Positions 16,914 to 26,452 of a stretch of DNA of 64,000 bases are shown here, one piece after another. The DNA is from a virus. Positions within the stretch are counted from its first letter, which is position 1; each line of letters starts with the position of its first letter. The notes below the pieces were generated by a model. It was not told the origin of the DNA, did not search any database, and saw only the letters and a list, made by a program, of their open reading frames with translations. The translations under genes and the position numbers were made by a program. Location: the IMG/VR virus record IMGVR_UViG_3300049811_000081, positions 46,305 through 110,304 of that record; one strand, given 5' to 3'.

Positions 16914-16943
16914 TAAAGATATACAAAAAATAAACCCCACAAA
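16914..16943 (-). promoter_or_regulatory. Host-type promoter variant TTTG-N18-TATCTTTA overlapping the upstream terminator
   Basis: Upstream of ATG 16882. Confidence 0.45.
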
Positions 16944-16958
16944 AATTTTTGCGGGGTT
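16925..16958 (-). terminator. Intrinsic terminator
   Basis: AACCCCGC-loop-GTGGGGTT followed by TATTTTTT on the minus strand. Confidence 0.7.
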
Positions 16959-16980
16959 AAAATAAAATGGTTTGGTAATT

Positions 16981-17181
16981 TTATTTTCGTTCTATGACTT
17001 CATTTGTGTCAATGTCAATTATGTAATGTGTGCCGTTTCTATCCACCCCAACAACATACCTACCGTTTTCGTTTCCGTCGCTCGGAGTAACTGATGTTGT
17101 CTCGTCTTGATTTATTTCGTTTACGATTTCGGTAACTATTTTTTCTAAATCCGATTCTTTTAATTTAATAATCTTTTTCAT
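16981..17181 (-). CDS. Small probable head-internal protein
   Basis: MKKIIKLKESDLEKIVTEIVNE leader; ATATTTAT 5 nt upstream. Confidence 0.65.
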   Translation of the reverse strand: MKKIIKLKESDLEKIVTEIVNEINQDETTSVTPSDGNENGRYVVGVDRNGTHYIIDIDTNEVIERK

Positions 17182-17199
17182 ATCTAATAAATATCCCCA

Positions 17200-17478
17200 T
17201 TATTTCTTTTTTTTGACACTTTTTAATTCATTATATGGGATATAATCAATTTCTGTTTCCCCTTCGGGTATATCCGATACCTCAACCTTTTTCTGGTCTG
17301 ATAACCAAATAGAATAAATGAGAACTAAAAATAATGAAATCAATAAGACAGACAATAATAACGTCATTAAAATCCTCACACCAATATGTGGAGATTTTAA
17401 ACCGGGTAAAATCACTAATTCAACTAAGATCAATGATGCAATACCAAACGAAATGGGGTTAATAATTTTCTTAAACAT
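17200..17478 (-). CDS. Two-TM membrane protein (holin-like size and charged tail)
   Basis: Two hydrophobic helices, charged C-terminus ending KKKK. Confidence 0.55.
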   Translation of the reverse strand: MFKKIINPISFGIASLILVELVILPGLKSPHIGVRILMTLLLSVLLISLFLVLIYSIWLSDQKKVEVSDIPEGETEIDYIPYNELKSVKKKK

Positions 17479-17548
17479 AAAGTGGTTTGTGTAACAATCT
17501 AGTAATAAATAATTGTGTATTTGTAAATAGAAAAATCTTTTTATTTTT

Positions 17549-18022
17549 TTAAGAAAACTCGGTGCTCGATGATACCCTTAATCCATCGATATAGATGTCA
17601 TGGTATTTTTCATCATAGTGCATATCGTGTTCTTTACTAAAGGTCTGGGTATCCCATCCATCAACATACCAACTTAGTGCCATATCGATAAATTTATCAG
17701 GATCGATTTCATCACCGTATTCGTCAACAACTCTGCCAGATCTAATAAAAGAGAACAATTCTTCTTTATTGGAATAGTATTTATTGTTATTAAAGTTCCA
17801 TAAGAACTTCCATCCCCCGCTTCGTTTACCTAAATGAATTGATATTCCATCCATAAATTCTTCCCAAGGATTTATGGATAAAAAATCGTTTAGAAATATG
17901 TACCTAAACCCTCCTTCAATACTATATTGTGATATATCCAGATTTTCAATTCTATTAATTAATTGATTTTTCTTTTCTACTACCTCTTCATGTGTCGGTA
18001 TTCTAAAAAAATTAGTTCCCAA
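17549..18022 (-). CDS. Conserved phage hypothetical protein
   Basis: MGTNFF, IHLGKRSGGWKFLW, VVDEYG; TTG start. Confidence 0.65.
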   Translation of the reverse strand: MGTNFFRIPTHEEVVEKKNQLINRIENLDISQYSIEGGFRYIFLNDFLSINPWEEFMDGISIHLGKRSGGWKFLWNFNNNKYYSNKEELFSFIRSGRVVDEYGDEIDPDKFIDMALSWYVDGWDTQTFSKEHDMHYDEKYHDIYIDGLRVSSSTEFS

Positions 18023-18055
18023 AATATACCTCCTTTGTTTATTGAATATATCTTA

Positions 18056-18063
18056 CAAATATA
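18056..18063 (-). promoter_or_regulatory. Bacteroidota-type -7 element TATATTTG
   Basis: Between terminator 18085-18108 and gene start 18022. Confidence 0.55.
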
Positions 18064-18080
18064 ATTCATTATATCATAAC

Positions 18081-18108
18081 AAAAAAAAATCCCGAAAACG
18101 GGATTTTT
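18081..18108. terminator. Intrinsic terminator (probably bidirectional)
   Basis: AAAAATCCCG-AAAA-CGGGATTTTT. Confidence 0.75.
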
Positions 18109-18127
18109 ATATAAAAGAAATTTTGTT

Positions 18128-19315
18128 TTAATTTGTTTTAACTATATCCTTCTTACCGTATGTGGCAATTTTTAATGCCGATTTCGGATTAATGGATTCC
18201 AACTTCTGTTTAAAATCACTAATACATTGCATTAACGCCCCAGTAATGATTGCATCATCCATCACCGTAAAATCATCGTTATGTTCTTTATCCATTGGAA
18301 CCGTAACACTAGAAGAAATTACGTTGTCATCGAGATAACCATTCGGATCTAATCGAATAACACTTAATCCGTCTTTTATATAATTTTCATCTGATCTTTT
18401 CCTACCAAATTTATTTTTCATTTTTATTTGCCATATAAAGTTGTTGTTTACTTTTTTACCGACAACTGAAAATAGTGTTTGTAGTGTAACGTCTAAATTT
18501 AATTCATAATAACCCCTTTTATCCAATTTATACACAGGAGTTTTTCCTTCATAGTGTTTTTTTGCCTTTCTATCTTCTTCCCAATTTGTATATTTGTTAT
18601 TGAATTGTCTAGCAAGATAATAAGTGTTCATATTATCATTTTTAACTCCCCTAACTCTATCGACAACGGCATTGAGAAACTGATTGGCACTTTGGTATGA
18701 ATTGAAGTTTAAGGACTGAAACGTGATTAAATTATTTGTGTACTTTGGGACATGATTATTTATGTAGTTTCTGGATTTCCAAACCTCTAACATAATGGCA
18801 GGAATACTTCTTAGATTTAAGACTTCGTTAAATTCCCTACCTTTTTCACTTTGATCTCCGAATTCACTTCTTAGTATTTTCAAAAATTTTCTATTGATTT
18901 TTTCAGGTAATGATTGTTTACCCCCAAGATTAGATCTTGTTGAGAAATTTTTATTGTCAGGGGCGTGCATGGGTCTTTTACATTCAATTAATTGTGGTTC
19001 TATTCCATGTAAGTCTTCAATTTCTTTTAACCAATCTCTATTTTCATTAATAAATTCATCTAACTGTTGACAATCTAGTGGTACGACAACGATATCCCCA
19101 CCTTCGGTTTTACTTGGATTTAATACCCAATAATGTGGAATTTTATCTGGACTATCTTTCTTCCAATAGGGTGTTGCTTTGCTGATTTTAAAAGCTCCTG
19201 TCTTTTTATCCCACTTGGGTTTTGGTGGCAAATGAGGATCCTTCCTTTTGAAAACATCTTCATCGACATCAAGTTCTAAATTTTCTAATAATTGTTTTTT
19301 ATTTATAATTTTCAT
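18128..19315 (-). CDS. Hypothetical, probable virion protein
   Basis: 395 aa; MKIINKKQLLENLE leader; apparently co-transcribed with the M23 hydrolase. Confidence 0.6.
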   Translation of the reverse strand: MKIINKKQLLENLELDVDEDVFKRKDPHLPPKPKWDKKTGAFKISKATPYWKKDSPDKIPHYWVLNPSKTEGGDIVVVPLDCQQLDEFINENRDWLKEIEDLHGIEPQLIECKRPMHAPDNKNFSTRSNLGGKQSLPEKINRKFLKILRSEFGDQSEKGREFNEVLNLRSIPAIMLEVWKSRNYINNHVPKYTNNLITFQSLNFNSYQSANQFLNAVVDRVRGVKNDNMNTYYLARQFNNKYTNWEEDRKAKKHYEGKTPVYKLDKRGYYELNLDVTLQTLFSVVGKKVNNNFIWQIKMKNKFGRKRSDENYIKDGLSVIRLDPNGYLDDNVISSSVTVPMDKEHNDDFTVMDDAIITGALMQCISDFKQKLESINPKSALKIATYGKKDIVKTN

Positions 19316-19325
19316 TTTACTTACT

Positions 19326-20801
19326 TTACGAAACGTTTGATGGTTTATTTTTATTTGCCGCCAAAATCTCTTGCGAGTACCTGTTTATTTGAGATACCAA
19401 TCTTCTTAAATTAAACTCGTATCTTGGGTCGGACGCGTATCTACTATTATTTTTGTTAACAAATTTATTAATTAAATCAGATGCCGTTCTTCCCTTTGTG
19501 ATGTAGTTACGAGCCATTAAATTATAATATGCATCAATACCACTTTGAACATTTGGGTGATTTGAAACCTTACCACTATCAACATTACCCACATTGAACG
19601 GATTTTTAGTCCTAATTGGTTTGGCGTTTACGTTTTGAGAAAACCCACCTTCCTGTGCAAGTTGTGCTAACGCCAATTCAGGTGGTACGTATTTACCGAA
19701 CTGATCAAAAACTTTTTTAGCGGAATATGCTAACATAGAACCCGTTATTTTTAAGGGATTTGAAGGTCTTGTTTTAATAAACCTATCCGCAATATCTGAA
19801 TATAGCTTAACCCCAATTTGGTTACTTAGGTCTAAATCTGTGAACAATTTACCACCCCCGCTGGTTACAGGACTATCAACCAATTTTTTTAAATCTTCGG
19901 GTTTAACATTTTTTTGTTCCAATTTGGTTTTTATGGTCTCAACTACTTTTGGTGTCACGACTGATTTTGTACTATCGGTATTGGTTTTGGGTGAACTTAC
20001 ATTCATTTGACCACTAGATTTATTAATATATCTCAACGGATCAACCAACTTACCATTTAATTTGAGTTCAAAATGAACGTGAGCTCCCGTTGATCTTCCT
20101 CTTCCAACATCACCTCTATCACCACCACTTAAACCAATTATATCGCCTTGTTTAATTGTTTGACCGGTAGTTACATTGATTTTTTTACAATGACAATACC
20201 TACTTGTAAATCCATTTGGATGTTCAATTTGGATAGTTCCTCCACATCCGGTATTTTTAATTGCAGCAACTAAAACTTTACCATCCGCCGGGGATTTAAT
20301 TTCTGTTCCAGATGGTGCAGCAATATCGATACCGGGATGTTTGTGATCAGTTCTTCTTGCTCCGAATTTGCTTGTTATTCTTGTTACATCCACCGGAGCG
20401 ATGAGCGTCACCTCACCTTCGTTTATATCAACCTCTTCCTCTATTGTTGTTTCGTCGTTGGTTAAATTATTATCGTCTTTGAATTTTTCCACCGCTTGTG
20501 CGGTTTCAGGACCATATAACCCATCGACACCATGAACTGGTAAATCATACCCCAATAATTCCAACCCCATTTGAACCGTTTCAACATCTTTTTGATATTC
20601 CATATCACCCTTTTGTTGTTGAAACAAGGGTTGGTCAATATTGTCTAAATTTTGGAAAAATTGATTTACATCAGTACCGACTAAGTCTGCCTTTTTAGGG
20701 TCATCAACCTTTTGTTGCTCTGTTGACTGTTCGTTAACGACCTTTTTATCCGAAAAAAGATATTTAATTCTACTTAATTGTTCATTAAGATTTCTTCTCA
20801 T
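19326..20801 (-). CDS. Multidomain peptidoglycan hydrolase: PG-binding + M23 peptidase + glucosaminidase/lysozyme-like domain
   Basis: GVDGLYGPETAQAVEKF (PG-binding); HPGID and HVH (M23); PELALAQLAQEGG, NPFNVG, YASDPRY (lysozyme-like). Confidence 0.88.
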   Translation of the reverse strand: MRRNLNEQLSRIKYLFSDKKVVNEQSTEQQKVDDPKKADLVGTDVNQFFQNLDNIDQPLFQQQKGDMEYQKDVETVQMGLELLGYDLPVHGVDGLYGPETAQAVEKFKDDNNLTNDETTIEEEVDINEGEVTLIAPVDVTRITSKFGARRTDHKHPGIDIAAPSGTEIKSPADGKVLVAAIKNTGCGGTIQIEHPNGFTSRYCHCKKINVTTGQTIKQGDIIGLSGGDRGDVGRGRSTGAHVHFELKLNGKLVDPLRYINKSSGQMNVSSPKTNTDSTKSVVTPKVVETIKTKLEQKNVKPEDLKKLVDSPVTSGGGKLFTDLDLSNQIGVKLYSDIADRFIKTRPSNPLKITGSMLAYSAKKVFDQFGKYVPPELALAQLAQEGGFSQNVNAKPIRTKNPFNVGNVDSGKVSNHPNVQSGIDAYYNLMARNYITKGRTASDLINKFVNKNNSRYASDPRYEFNLRRLVSQINRYSQEILAANKNKPSNVS

Positions 20802-20830
20802 ATTTATATAAATATCAGAAAAAATGTTGT

Positions 20831-21013
20831 TTATTCGTCGGTGGATTTATTCTTACCTTTTATTTTTTCGAGTAGGGTTCTCTCTCTAGATTTTACGATT
20901 TTTTCGTCACTTTCATCGTGTTGCTCACTTCTTGTGATCCAGTAGTAAAGTTTTTTTTGGAGTTGGTGAAGCTTGTGGTACAGTTTTCCTTTATCAAGTT
21001 TTTTGTTACTCAT
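20831..21013 (-). CDS. Small hypothetical protein
   Basis: 60-aa ORF. Confidence 0.5.
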   Translation of the reverse strand: MSNKKLDKGKLYHKLHQLQKKLYYWITRSEQHDESDEKIVKSRERTLLEKIKGKNKSTDE

Positions 21014-21122
21014 TTTTGTTGTTTAATAGTTATACTTTATTTTTTCCAAAATTCCCACCATTTGGGTTCTTTATTTGGTTTAAGATTATGTGACACATTA
21101 AAATATAACAAAACTTTTTATA

Positions 21123-22499
21123 CTAAAGAAAATCATACCTCTCTTTTTTCCACACAATGTCTTTATGCTTCACCATTTTTTCATTTAAAATGTCTACCGC
21201 ATCAGTAAAATCCAAGTGAATTGGTTTATTTGTTTTCGATAGTGCTTGGACGAGATCTCCTTTCCTGTACTGTAAATTAATTTTAGTTTTATAGTTAGAC
21301 ATCGATAGATAGATATACACCAATCCATGTATAAATTGTCTAGCCATACAATTTTTCATAACCGCACCTTCTACCCTGAAATCATCTTCCGATTTTAATA
21401 TTTTGACTTTAAAAGTCTTACCATTAATAATAATATCGTCCTCAACTTCGTCAATAAATTCTTTTGGAAAAAGATATTTGTTCTTATATCCTCTACTATT
21501 ATGTTCTTTTAATCCTATCCATTCTTCTTTAAGTAAATTAAATTTAATTTGTTTATTTGCGGTGAATTTTGTTTCAATGTTTTTTTCGTCCAAATATTTT
21601 CGTACTTTGAAAATTTCTGCGAGAGAATAAATTAATGGTTCATATGTCTCAACATCGTCTTCCCAATTTTTAATTAAACTAGATAATTGTTTTTTTTCGT
21701 AATCATTTTTTAATGGTTCTGGTATTGTTTTTTTTGTTAACTCAACATAACAATGCCTTTGCCAAGGAGTACTCTTTAGGTAATCGGTAAAGTTATTTCC
21801 AAATAATTTACATAAATAATTTATTGAGGAGATCTTTAATTGTTTTTCGGATTTGTTTATCTCAGAAATTAGATATGAGGTTTTAATTCCCAAGGAATCC
21901 AGAACCGCAGGTAAATATTTGTTATTGTTTTTGGTTAACCATTTTTTTGTAGGATAATGATACATTAAATCATCATATATATGATCATGACCTTTGATAT
22001 TTTTTTTAGATAGATGAAAATCCACCAACAATTCATACATTTCAGAATAGTCTTCCTTGTCTTTGTGGGTTGGGGGAGTAAATTTTGTAAGTAAAATCGT
22101 TTTGAAGATGTTAAAGATGTTATTGTTCGCTCTTTTATACTGAGTACCCCAATAACCAAGTCTCTTTTCACCCCTTTCTAGACCATTCCACAATAAATCA
22201 TTCACATGTTTAAATGAATTTTTTCTTCTTATTTCACAGTTTTTGTAATATTTTTTATCGACTAAATCGTCATCGTTATTTATTTTATATACGGTTTCGA
22301 CATTTCCGTTATTTGTATTGATCGATAGAGAGTGATTGAAAATGAGTTGTTTTTTGGTGATGGTTGATAAATTCGTATAGTTAAAGTTAAAATTAAGTGT
22401 CAAATTCAAATTTACTCCATCATAGGTGATATGTATATCACAAAAGGAAACATTAACCTTTTCTTTTTTTTCTTGTTTGTGTCTAAATAATAAATCCAT
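21123..22499 (-). CDS. PcfJ-like domain protein
   Basis: C-terminal ILKSEDDFRVEGAVMKNCM...QALSKTN; paralogue of 22543-24369 (YPTKKWLTKNNNK vs YPTEKYLKKNKRK). Confidence 0.72.
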   Translation of the reverse strand: MDLLFRHKQEKKEKVNVSFCDIHITYDGVNLNLTLNFNFNYTNLSTITKKQLIFNHSLSINTNNGNVETVYKINNDDDLVDKKYYKNCEIRRKNSFKHVNDLLWNGLERGEKRLGYWGTQYKRANNNIFNIFKTILLTKFTPPTHKDKEDYSEMYELLVDFHLSKKNIKGHDHIYDDLMYHYPTKKWLTKNNNKYLPAVLDSLGIKTSYLISEINKSEKQLKISSINYLCKLFGNNFTDYLKSTPWQRHCYVELTKKTIPEPLKNDYEKKQLSSLIKNWEDDVETYEPLIYSLAEIFKVRKYLDEKNIETKFTANKQIKFNLLKEEWIGLKEHNSRGYKNKYLFPKEFIDEVEDDIIINGKTFKVKILKSEDDFRVEGAVMKNCMARQFIHGLVYIYLSMSNYKTKINLQYRKGDLVQALSKTNKPIHLDFTDAVDILNEKMVKHKDIVWKKERYDFL

Positions 22500-22523
22500 C
22501 TATCAAAAGATAGATGGATTTAT
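22490..22523. promoter_or_regulatory. Perfect 15-bp hairpin covering the start codon of 21123-22499
   Basis: ATAAATCCATCTATC-AAAA-GATAGATGGATTTAT; the ATG (22497-22499) lies inside the stem. Confidence 0.7.
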
Positions 22524-22542
22524 CTTTTTTGTAAATATTAAA

Positions 22543-24369
22543 TCATGACAAAAGATCCTTGGTACTTAATATGACCGTCTTTCTATTTTGTGGCCCCAAC
22601 ATATTTGTTTTTGATAATCTCTTTGTTCTCTTTTTGAGTGCTTCGATTGGGGTTTCAAATATTTCTGGTGGTGCCTGATTACAATAATGTCTTGCTTGAA
22701 TAATGTCACCGGTTTTAATATTGACTTCACAAGTTACTCTAAGTCCATTTTCATCTCTCAGAGAAACAATGATACTCTCTTCTTTATTTATATAAGAACT
22801 TACACAATGATGCATATAAGTACCTTCAGATGTGTATTCTAAACCAGATTTTAATAATACGGGTTTAATAACTACACCACCATCAATAACAATATCGGTT
22901 TCGATTGTTTTAATGGTATTTTCATCAAACGTTAAAATTGTTTCTGTTTTCTTTTTTAAAATATTATTTAATAGTGAAAAGTGTCGGTGTTCTTCATAAA
23001 AACCTGTAACTGTTTTTGCGGACAACTCGACATCGGTAAAATGGTCTTTAATTTTTCTATACATTTTGAAATGATCGGCGATATCGTTAAAAATAGTTAA
23101 CAATCTGGTAAAGTCTTTTATGGTTTTAATATGAGTAACCCAAGAGTTAATAATGTTAACGATGTAGTTTTTTTCAAACAAACTTAAATCACCAATACGT
23201 ACATTAACCATGTGATCATAATGGTTTTTATAAAAATTTTTACCTGACATTATATGGTAATCCACCAATTTATCGGGGGTTGAAGATAATTGACGACATT
23301 CATTTTGATAGTATGTTTCCCAATCGATTTTTGAAACCCAATGATTAGCATCCTCACCAAAGATATCATACGTACATTTCAATAAAACAACATTTTTTAT
23401 GGGTGTTCTATGTAAGATTTTAATTGTGGTTTTGGATTTAATTCCCAACATATCAAGAATTGATGAAACAAGTTTTCTCTTGTTTTTTTTAAGATATTTC
23501 TCTGTTGGATAATATTCTTTGAGCCAATGAGCATAATCGGAGTTAGGGACACCGATTTTTTTTGTTTTAATAAAAAAATCAACCAATTTAAAATACAACA
23601 TAAGTAATGATTCTCTATTGATTTTAGATCCATTAATGGGTTTAAAATCGAATTCATTACCAAATATCTTGTATATTTCCATAAAAAAATCAACATCTTT
23701 TCTTTGGTTATGAGTTGCTGGGTCATACTCTTTGAACATCACCTCAAGAGTTCTCATCAATGAATGAAAGTCATTTGTTAAAAATTTTTTATTTCTTAAG
23801 TTTGACTTTTCTGTTTTACTTATTGTTGTTATGACAAAATTACCCGTTTTGAGATTAATGGTTATTGAATGGGAGTGGTATGATGACCTGAAAAACCTTT
23901 TATTATATGGTCTTCTATTGATACCATTAAAAACATTGATAGTTAGTTTATCTCCGTTTTTAAAAATTTTTCTAATTATTTTGTTAACTTGAATAGTTGA
24001 AAATGGGTTATCATAATGTCTTTTAATGGTGTGATCTTTTGTTGTGGTAAATACGGTGGATCTACTCCCATATTTTTTATCGTAAAAAGGGTTGATTACT
24101 TCTTCAAATGGGACATTAAATGTTTTTTCACCATGAGAATGGAAATAAACAGAATTTACATTACCCATTTTATTTTTTGGAATTCCAAAATATGACTTTT
24201 TATCGTTATAATTGAATAGGGTCATCTCATGAAAGGGTTCAGCAAAAATCCAACTTGCTCTGAGCGGATTTGGATTACTTGGTTGTCCTGGTCGGTCTAT
24301 TAATCTTGAATAATTTTTTAATATGGAAATTTGTACATAACCGAATTGTTCGAAATAAATGTTTTCCAT
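22543..24369 (-). CDS. PcfJ-like domain protein
   Basis: LLKSGLEYTSEGTYMHHCVSSY...IVSLR...RVTCE...QARHYCN. Confidence 0.8.
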   Translation of the reverse strand: MENIYFEQFGYVQISILKNYSRLIDRPGQPSNPNPLRASWIFAEPFHEMTLFNYNDKKSYFGIPKNKMGNVNSVYFHSHGEKTFNVPFEEVINPFYDKKYGSRSTVFTTTKDHTIKRHYDNPFSTIQVNKIIRKIFKNGDKLTINVFNGINRRPYNKRFFRSSYHSHSITINLKTGNFVITTISKTEKSNLRNKKFLTNDFHSLMRTLEVMFKEYDPATHNQRKDVDFFMEIYKIFGNEFDFKPINGSKINRESLLMLYFKLVDFFIKTKKIGVPNSDYAHWLKEYYPTEKYLKKNKRKLVSSILDMLGIKSKTTIKILHRTPIKNVVLLKCTYDIFGEDANHWVSKIDWETYYQNECRQLSSTPDKLVDYHIMSGKNFYKNHYDHMVNVRIGDLSLFEKNYIVNIINSWVTHIKTIKDFTRLLTIFNDIADHFKMYRKIKDHFTDVELSAKTVTGFYEEHRHFSLLNNILKKKTETILTFDENTIKTIETDIVIDGGVVIKPVLLKSGLEYTSEGTYMHHCVSSYINKEESIIVSLRDENGLRVTCEVNIKTGDIIQARHYCNQAPPEIFETPIEALKKRTKRLSKTNMLGPQNRKTVILSTKDLLS

Positions 24370-24399
24370 GATTTATATATTTATATAAAAAAAGATTTT

Positions 24400-24528
24400 A
24401 TGGCAAAAGGTAAAAGTATTTCAGACAAAATTAAGGTTACTTTCGGTAAAAGAAAAAAGGGTAAATCAGCTAAAAGTCATAACAAACACGATAGAAGTGA
24501 AAAAAATTACAGGGGTCAGGGAAGATAA
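24400..24528 (+). CDS. Very basic 42-aa peptide ending YRGQGR
   Basis: MAKGKS...KNYRGQGR; ATATTTAT at 24377-24384 upstream. Confidence 0.65.
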   Translation: MAKGKSISDKIKVTFGKRKKGKSAKSHNKHDRSEKNYRGQGR

Positions 24529-24632
24529 TTACATTTCATTAATATCATAAAGGTCACCATAATTAGTGATAATACAAGAATTGCTGTGGTATAAACAACA
24601 ATTGGTTTATCCGCATCATTATCTTTTTTCAT
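24516..24632 (-). CDS. 38-aa single-TM peptide (not in track)
   Basis: MKKDNDADKPIVVYTTAILVLSLIMVTFMILMKCNYLP; ATGA overlap with the receiver-domain gene. Confidence 0.45.
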   Translation of the reverse strand: MKKDNDADKPIVVYTTAILVLSLIMVTFMILMKCNYLP

Positions 24633-25213
24633 TGTTTAAAATAAAACATCAAAAACAAAAATATACATATTAAAATTCCAGAAATAAACCCAATTGTTAT
24701 TCCTTTAATTACTGATATACTATTCCTTTCCCACCACTTAAAAAATCCATAATTTTTAATCTCATCAATAGGGTGGTTATACAAATTTTTTGGTTCATTT
24801 AATTCCTGAAAAAAATTTGGGCTTGTTATGTTATTAACATAGAAATTATAATGATAACAAGACATTATTGCGTCATAAAGTATGTCAAAACCAACATCCT
24901 TTTTTAAAAATGTGCAACAACCATTTTTAATAACTCTTGAAACAAATTCTTTATCTATGTTATCCGATATTGGTATAATTTTAACATCTTTATATTGTAT
25001 CTTTATATTGGATATGATATTCATTGTGTCGATATTATCGATATCAATGATTATAACATCGGGTGTCTCGTGAGACGTATAATTAAGATTTAAAGGGTTT
25101 AAAACCCGACCGACTATTTTTAAATTATCTTTTGTTTGAAAAAAAGAGCACATCCCCTCACAATATATTGGATATGGGGTAAAAATGAGAACCTTTATTT
25201 TATCGGGGGTCAT
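24629..25213 (-). CDS. NarL-like (pseudo)receiver domain with C-terminal membrane anchor
   Basis: KIKVLIF..PIYCEG, PDVIIIDI, KIIPIS, GCCTFLKK; no HTH; C-terminal TM ITIGFISGILICIFLFLMFYF. Confidence 0.7.
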   Translation of the reverse strand: MTPDKIKVLIFTPYPIYCEGMCSFFQTKDNLKIVGRVLNPLNLNYTSHETPDVIIIDIDNIDTMNIISNIKIQYKDVKIIPISDNIDKEFVSRVIKNGCCTFLKKDVGFDILYDAIMSCYHYNFYVNNITSPNFFQELNEPKNLYNHPIDEIKNYGFFKWWERNSISVIKGITIGFISGILICIFLFLMFYFKQ

Positions 25214-25494
25214 AATACTTTGAAAGAGTACGTGTTTTTGGAATTTTCAACCTCGTCAAGCCAGTCATCGTCATCGATATCATCTGGTTTATTTTGTAAA
25301 ACAAGTTTCACAACCAACAATAAATGTTCGCCGTCAATATATGACCATCCATCCTTTATATCGTTAATCCTACTTTCAAGTGTTTCATCAATTAAACGAG
25401 TATCTGTTTCAACAAAAATGTATTTATCAAGATCTTCCAAATATATTTCCGAAAATCTTTCATTAACTTCTTTGTATAAAACTTTTGTAATCAT
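25210..25494 (-). CDS. Hypothetical acidic protein
   Basis: ORF in array; start MITKVL. Confidence 0.55.
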   Translation of the reverse strand: MITKVLYKEVNERFSEIYLEDLDKYIFVETDTRLIDETLESRINDIKDGWSYIDGEHLLLVVKLVLQNKPDDIDDDDWLDEVENSKNTYSFKVL

Positions 25495-25823
25495 AACGGA
25501 AAAAAATATTTTGTGACACAATATACATTATGTGAACTAATAAGTCCCCACGGAAAATTTTCTTCAATATTAAATTGTTTTTCAACTTCTTTTTTAAGAA
25601 ACTCTGTTGTTAAAAAAGTGTTTCCACCCATTTTTGATTGTACACTTCTATAAAGTGTACTGTGGGTAGAAAACAATAATCCAGATCGTCCCGCATTTTT
25701 AAAATAACATTCAAATATTAATTCTGTTCCATCAAAAATAAAAACTTTGTTGGGGTATTCTCTAAAATCCATTTTGGCGGTTGCTCTCCCCCAAACCTCG
25801 TTAAATTCTTCTTGTATTGTCAT
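25491..25823 (-). CDS. Hypothetical protein
   Basis: 110-aa ORF in array. Confidence 0.55.
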   Translation of the reverse strand: MTIQEEFNEVWGRATAKMDFREYPNKVFIFDGTELIFECYFKNAGRSGLLFSTHSTLYRSVQSKMGGNTFLTTEFLKKEVEKQFNIEENFPWGLISSHNVYCVTKYFFPL

Positions 25824-25985
25824 TTATTTTCTTAATATCCTAATACTTGTTACAAGTGTCGCTACAACCAAAAAAGAAAAAAAGTAAATCATGTAATCGG
25901 GGAAAAACCACGCAATCAATGAAATAATGGTTATTAAAGAAATTATCCCCAAAACCATCAATAAAATTTTAAAATTGTTATCCAT
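25824..25985 (-). CDS. 53-aa two-TM protein (not in track)
   Basis: MDNNFKILLMVLGIISLITIISLIAWFFPDYMIYFFSFLVVATLVTSIRILRK fills the gap. Confidence 0.55.
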   Translation of the reverse strand: MDNNFKILLMVLGIISLITIISLIAWFFPDYMIYFFSFLVVATLVTSIRILRK

Positions 25986-25988
25986 AAA

Positions 25989-26216
25989 TTAGACTTTATA
26001 TTTGATTTGAAATTCAACCCCCCACGAGAATGTTAACCACTTAAAGGTAAACGAAACCGGAGAAATTTCCTCAGTATTTTTTAAAATTTTATTTTGATTA
26101 TATACAAAAACGACTGTTGGTAGAATGTACCACGTTAAATTATCGAAGCTATAATATGATGTTATTGAACAAAATACGTTCCCAAAGAAATTTAAATGCT
26201 TAGTGTTCAATGTCAT
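25989..26216 (-). CDS. Hypothetical protein
   Basis: 75-aa ORF. Confidence 0.5.
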   Translation of the reverse strand: MTLNTKHLNFFGNVFCSITSYYSFDNLTWYILPTVVFVYNQNKILKNTEEISPVSFTFKWLTFSWGVEFQIKYKV

Positions 26217-26406
26217 TGTTTTTTAATTTAGATAATGATTTATATAAATAATGAGCCTCTTTTAAATTAAATATCCCGTTTTGTTGGGCATATGTAATGG
26301 CTATTTCAATTATCCTGATTGCGTTTTCATTATCGATGTTATCAATAAACTCATTAAATTCTGTTTGAGTTTCAAACTCTATTAGTCCACCAAAAAGTAC
26401 GTCCAT
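26200..26406 (-). CDS. Hypothetical phage protein
   Basis: LFGGLIEF...YAQQNGIFNLKEA. Confidence 0.6.
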   Translation of the reverse strand: MDVLFGGLIEFETQTEFNEFIDNIDNENAIRIIEIAITYAQQNGIFNLKEAHYLYKSLSKLKNNDIEH

Positions 26407-26452
26407 GTATAAATTATAAGGAAAATATTTTATTATTTATATAATTATAGTT

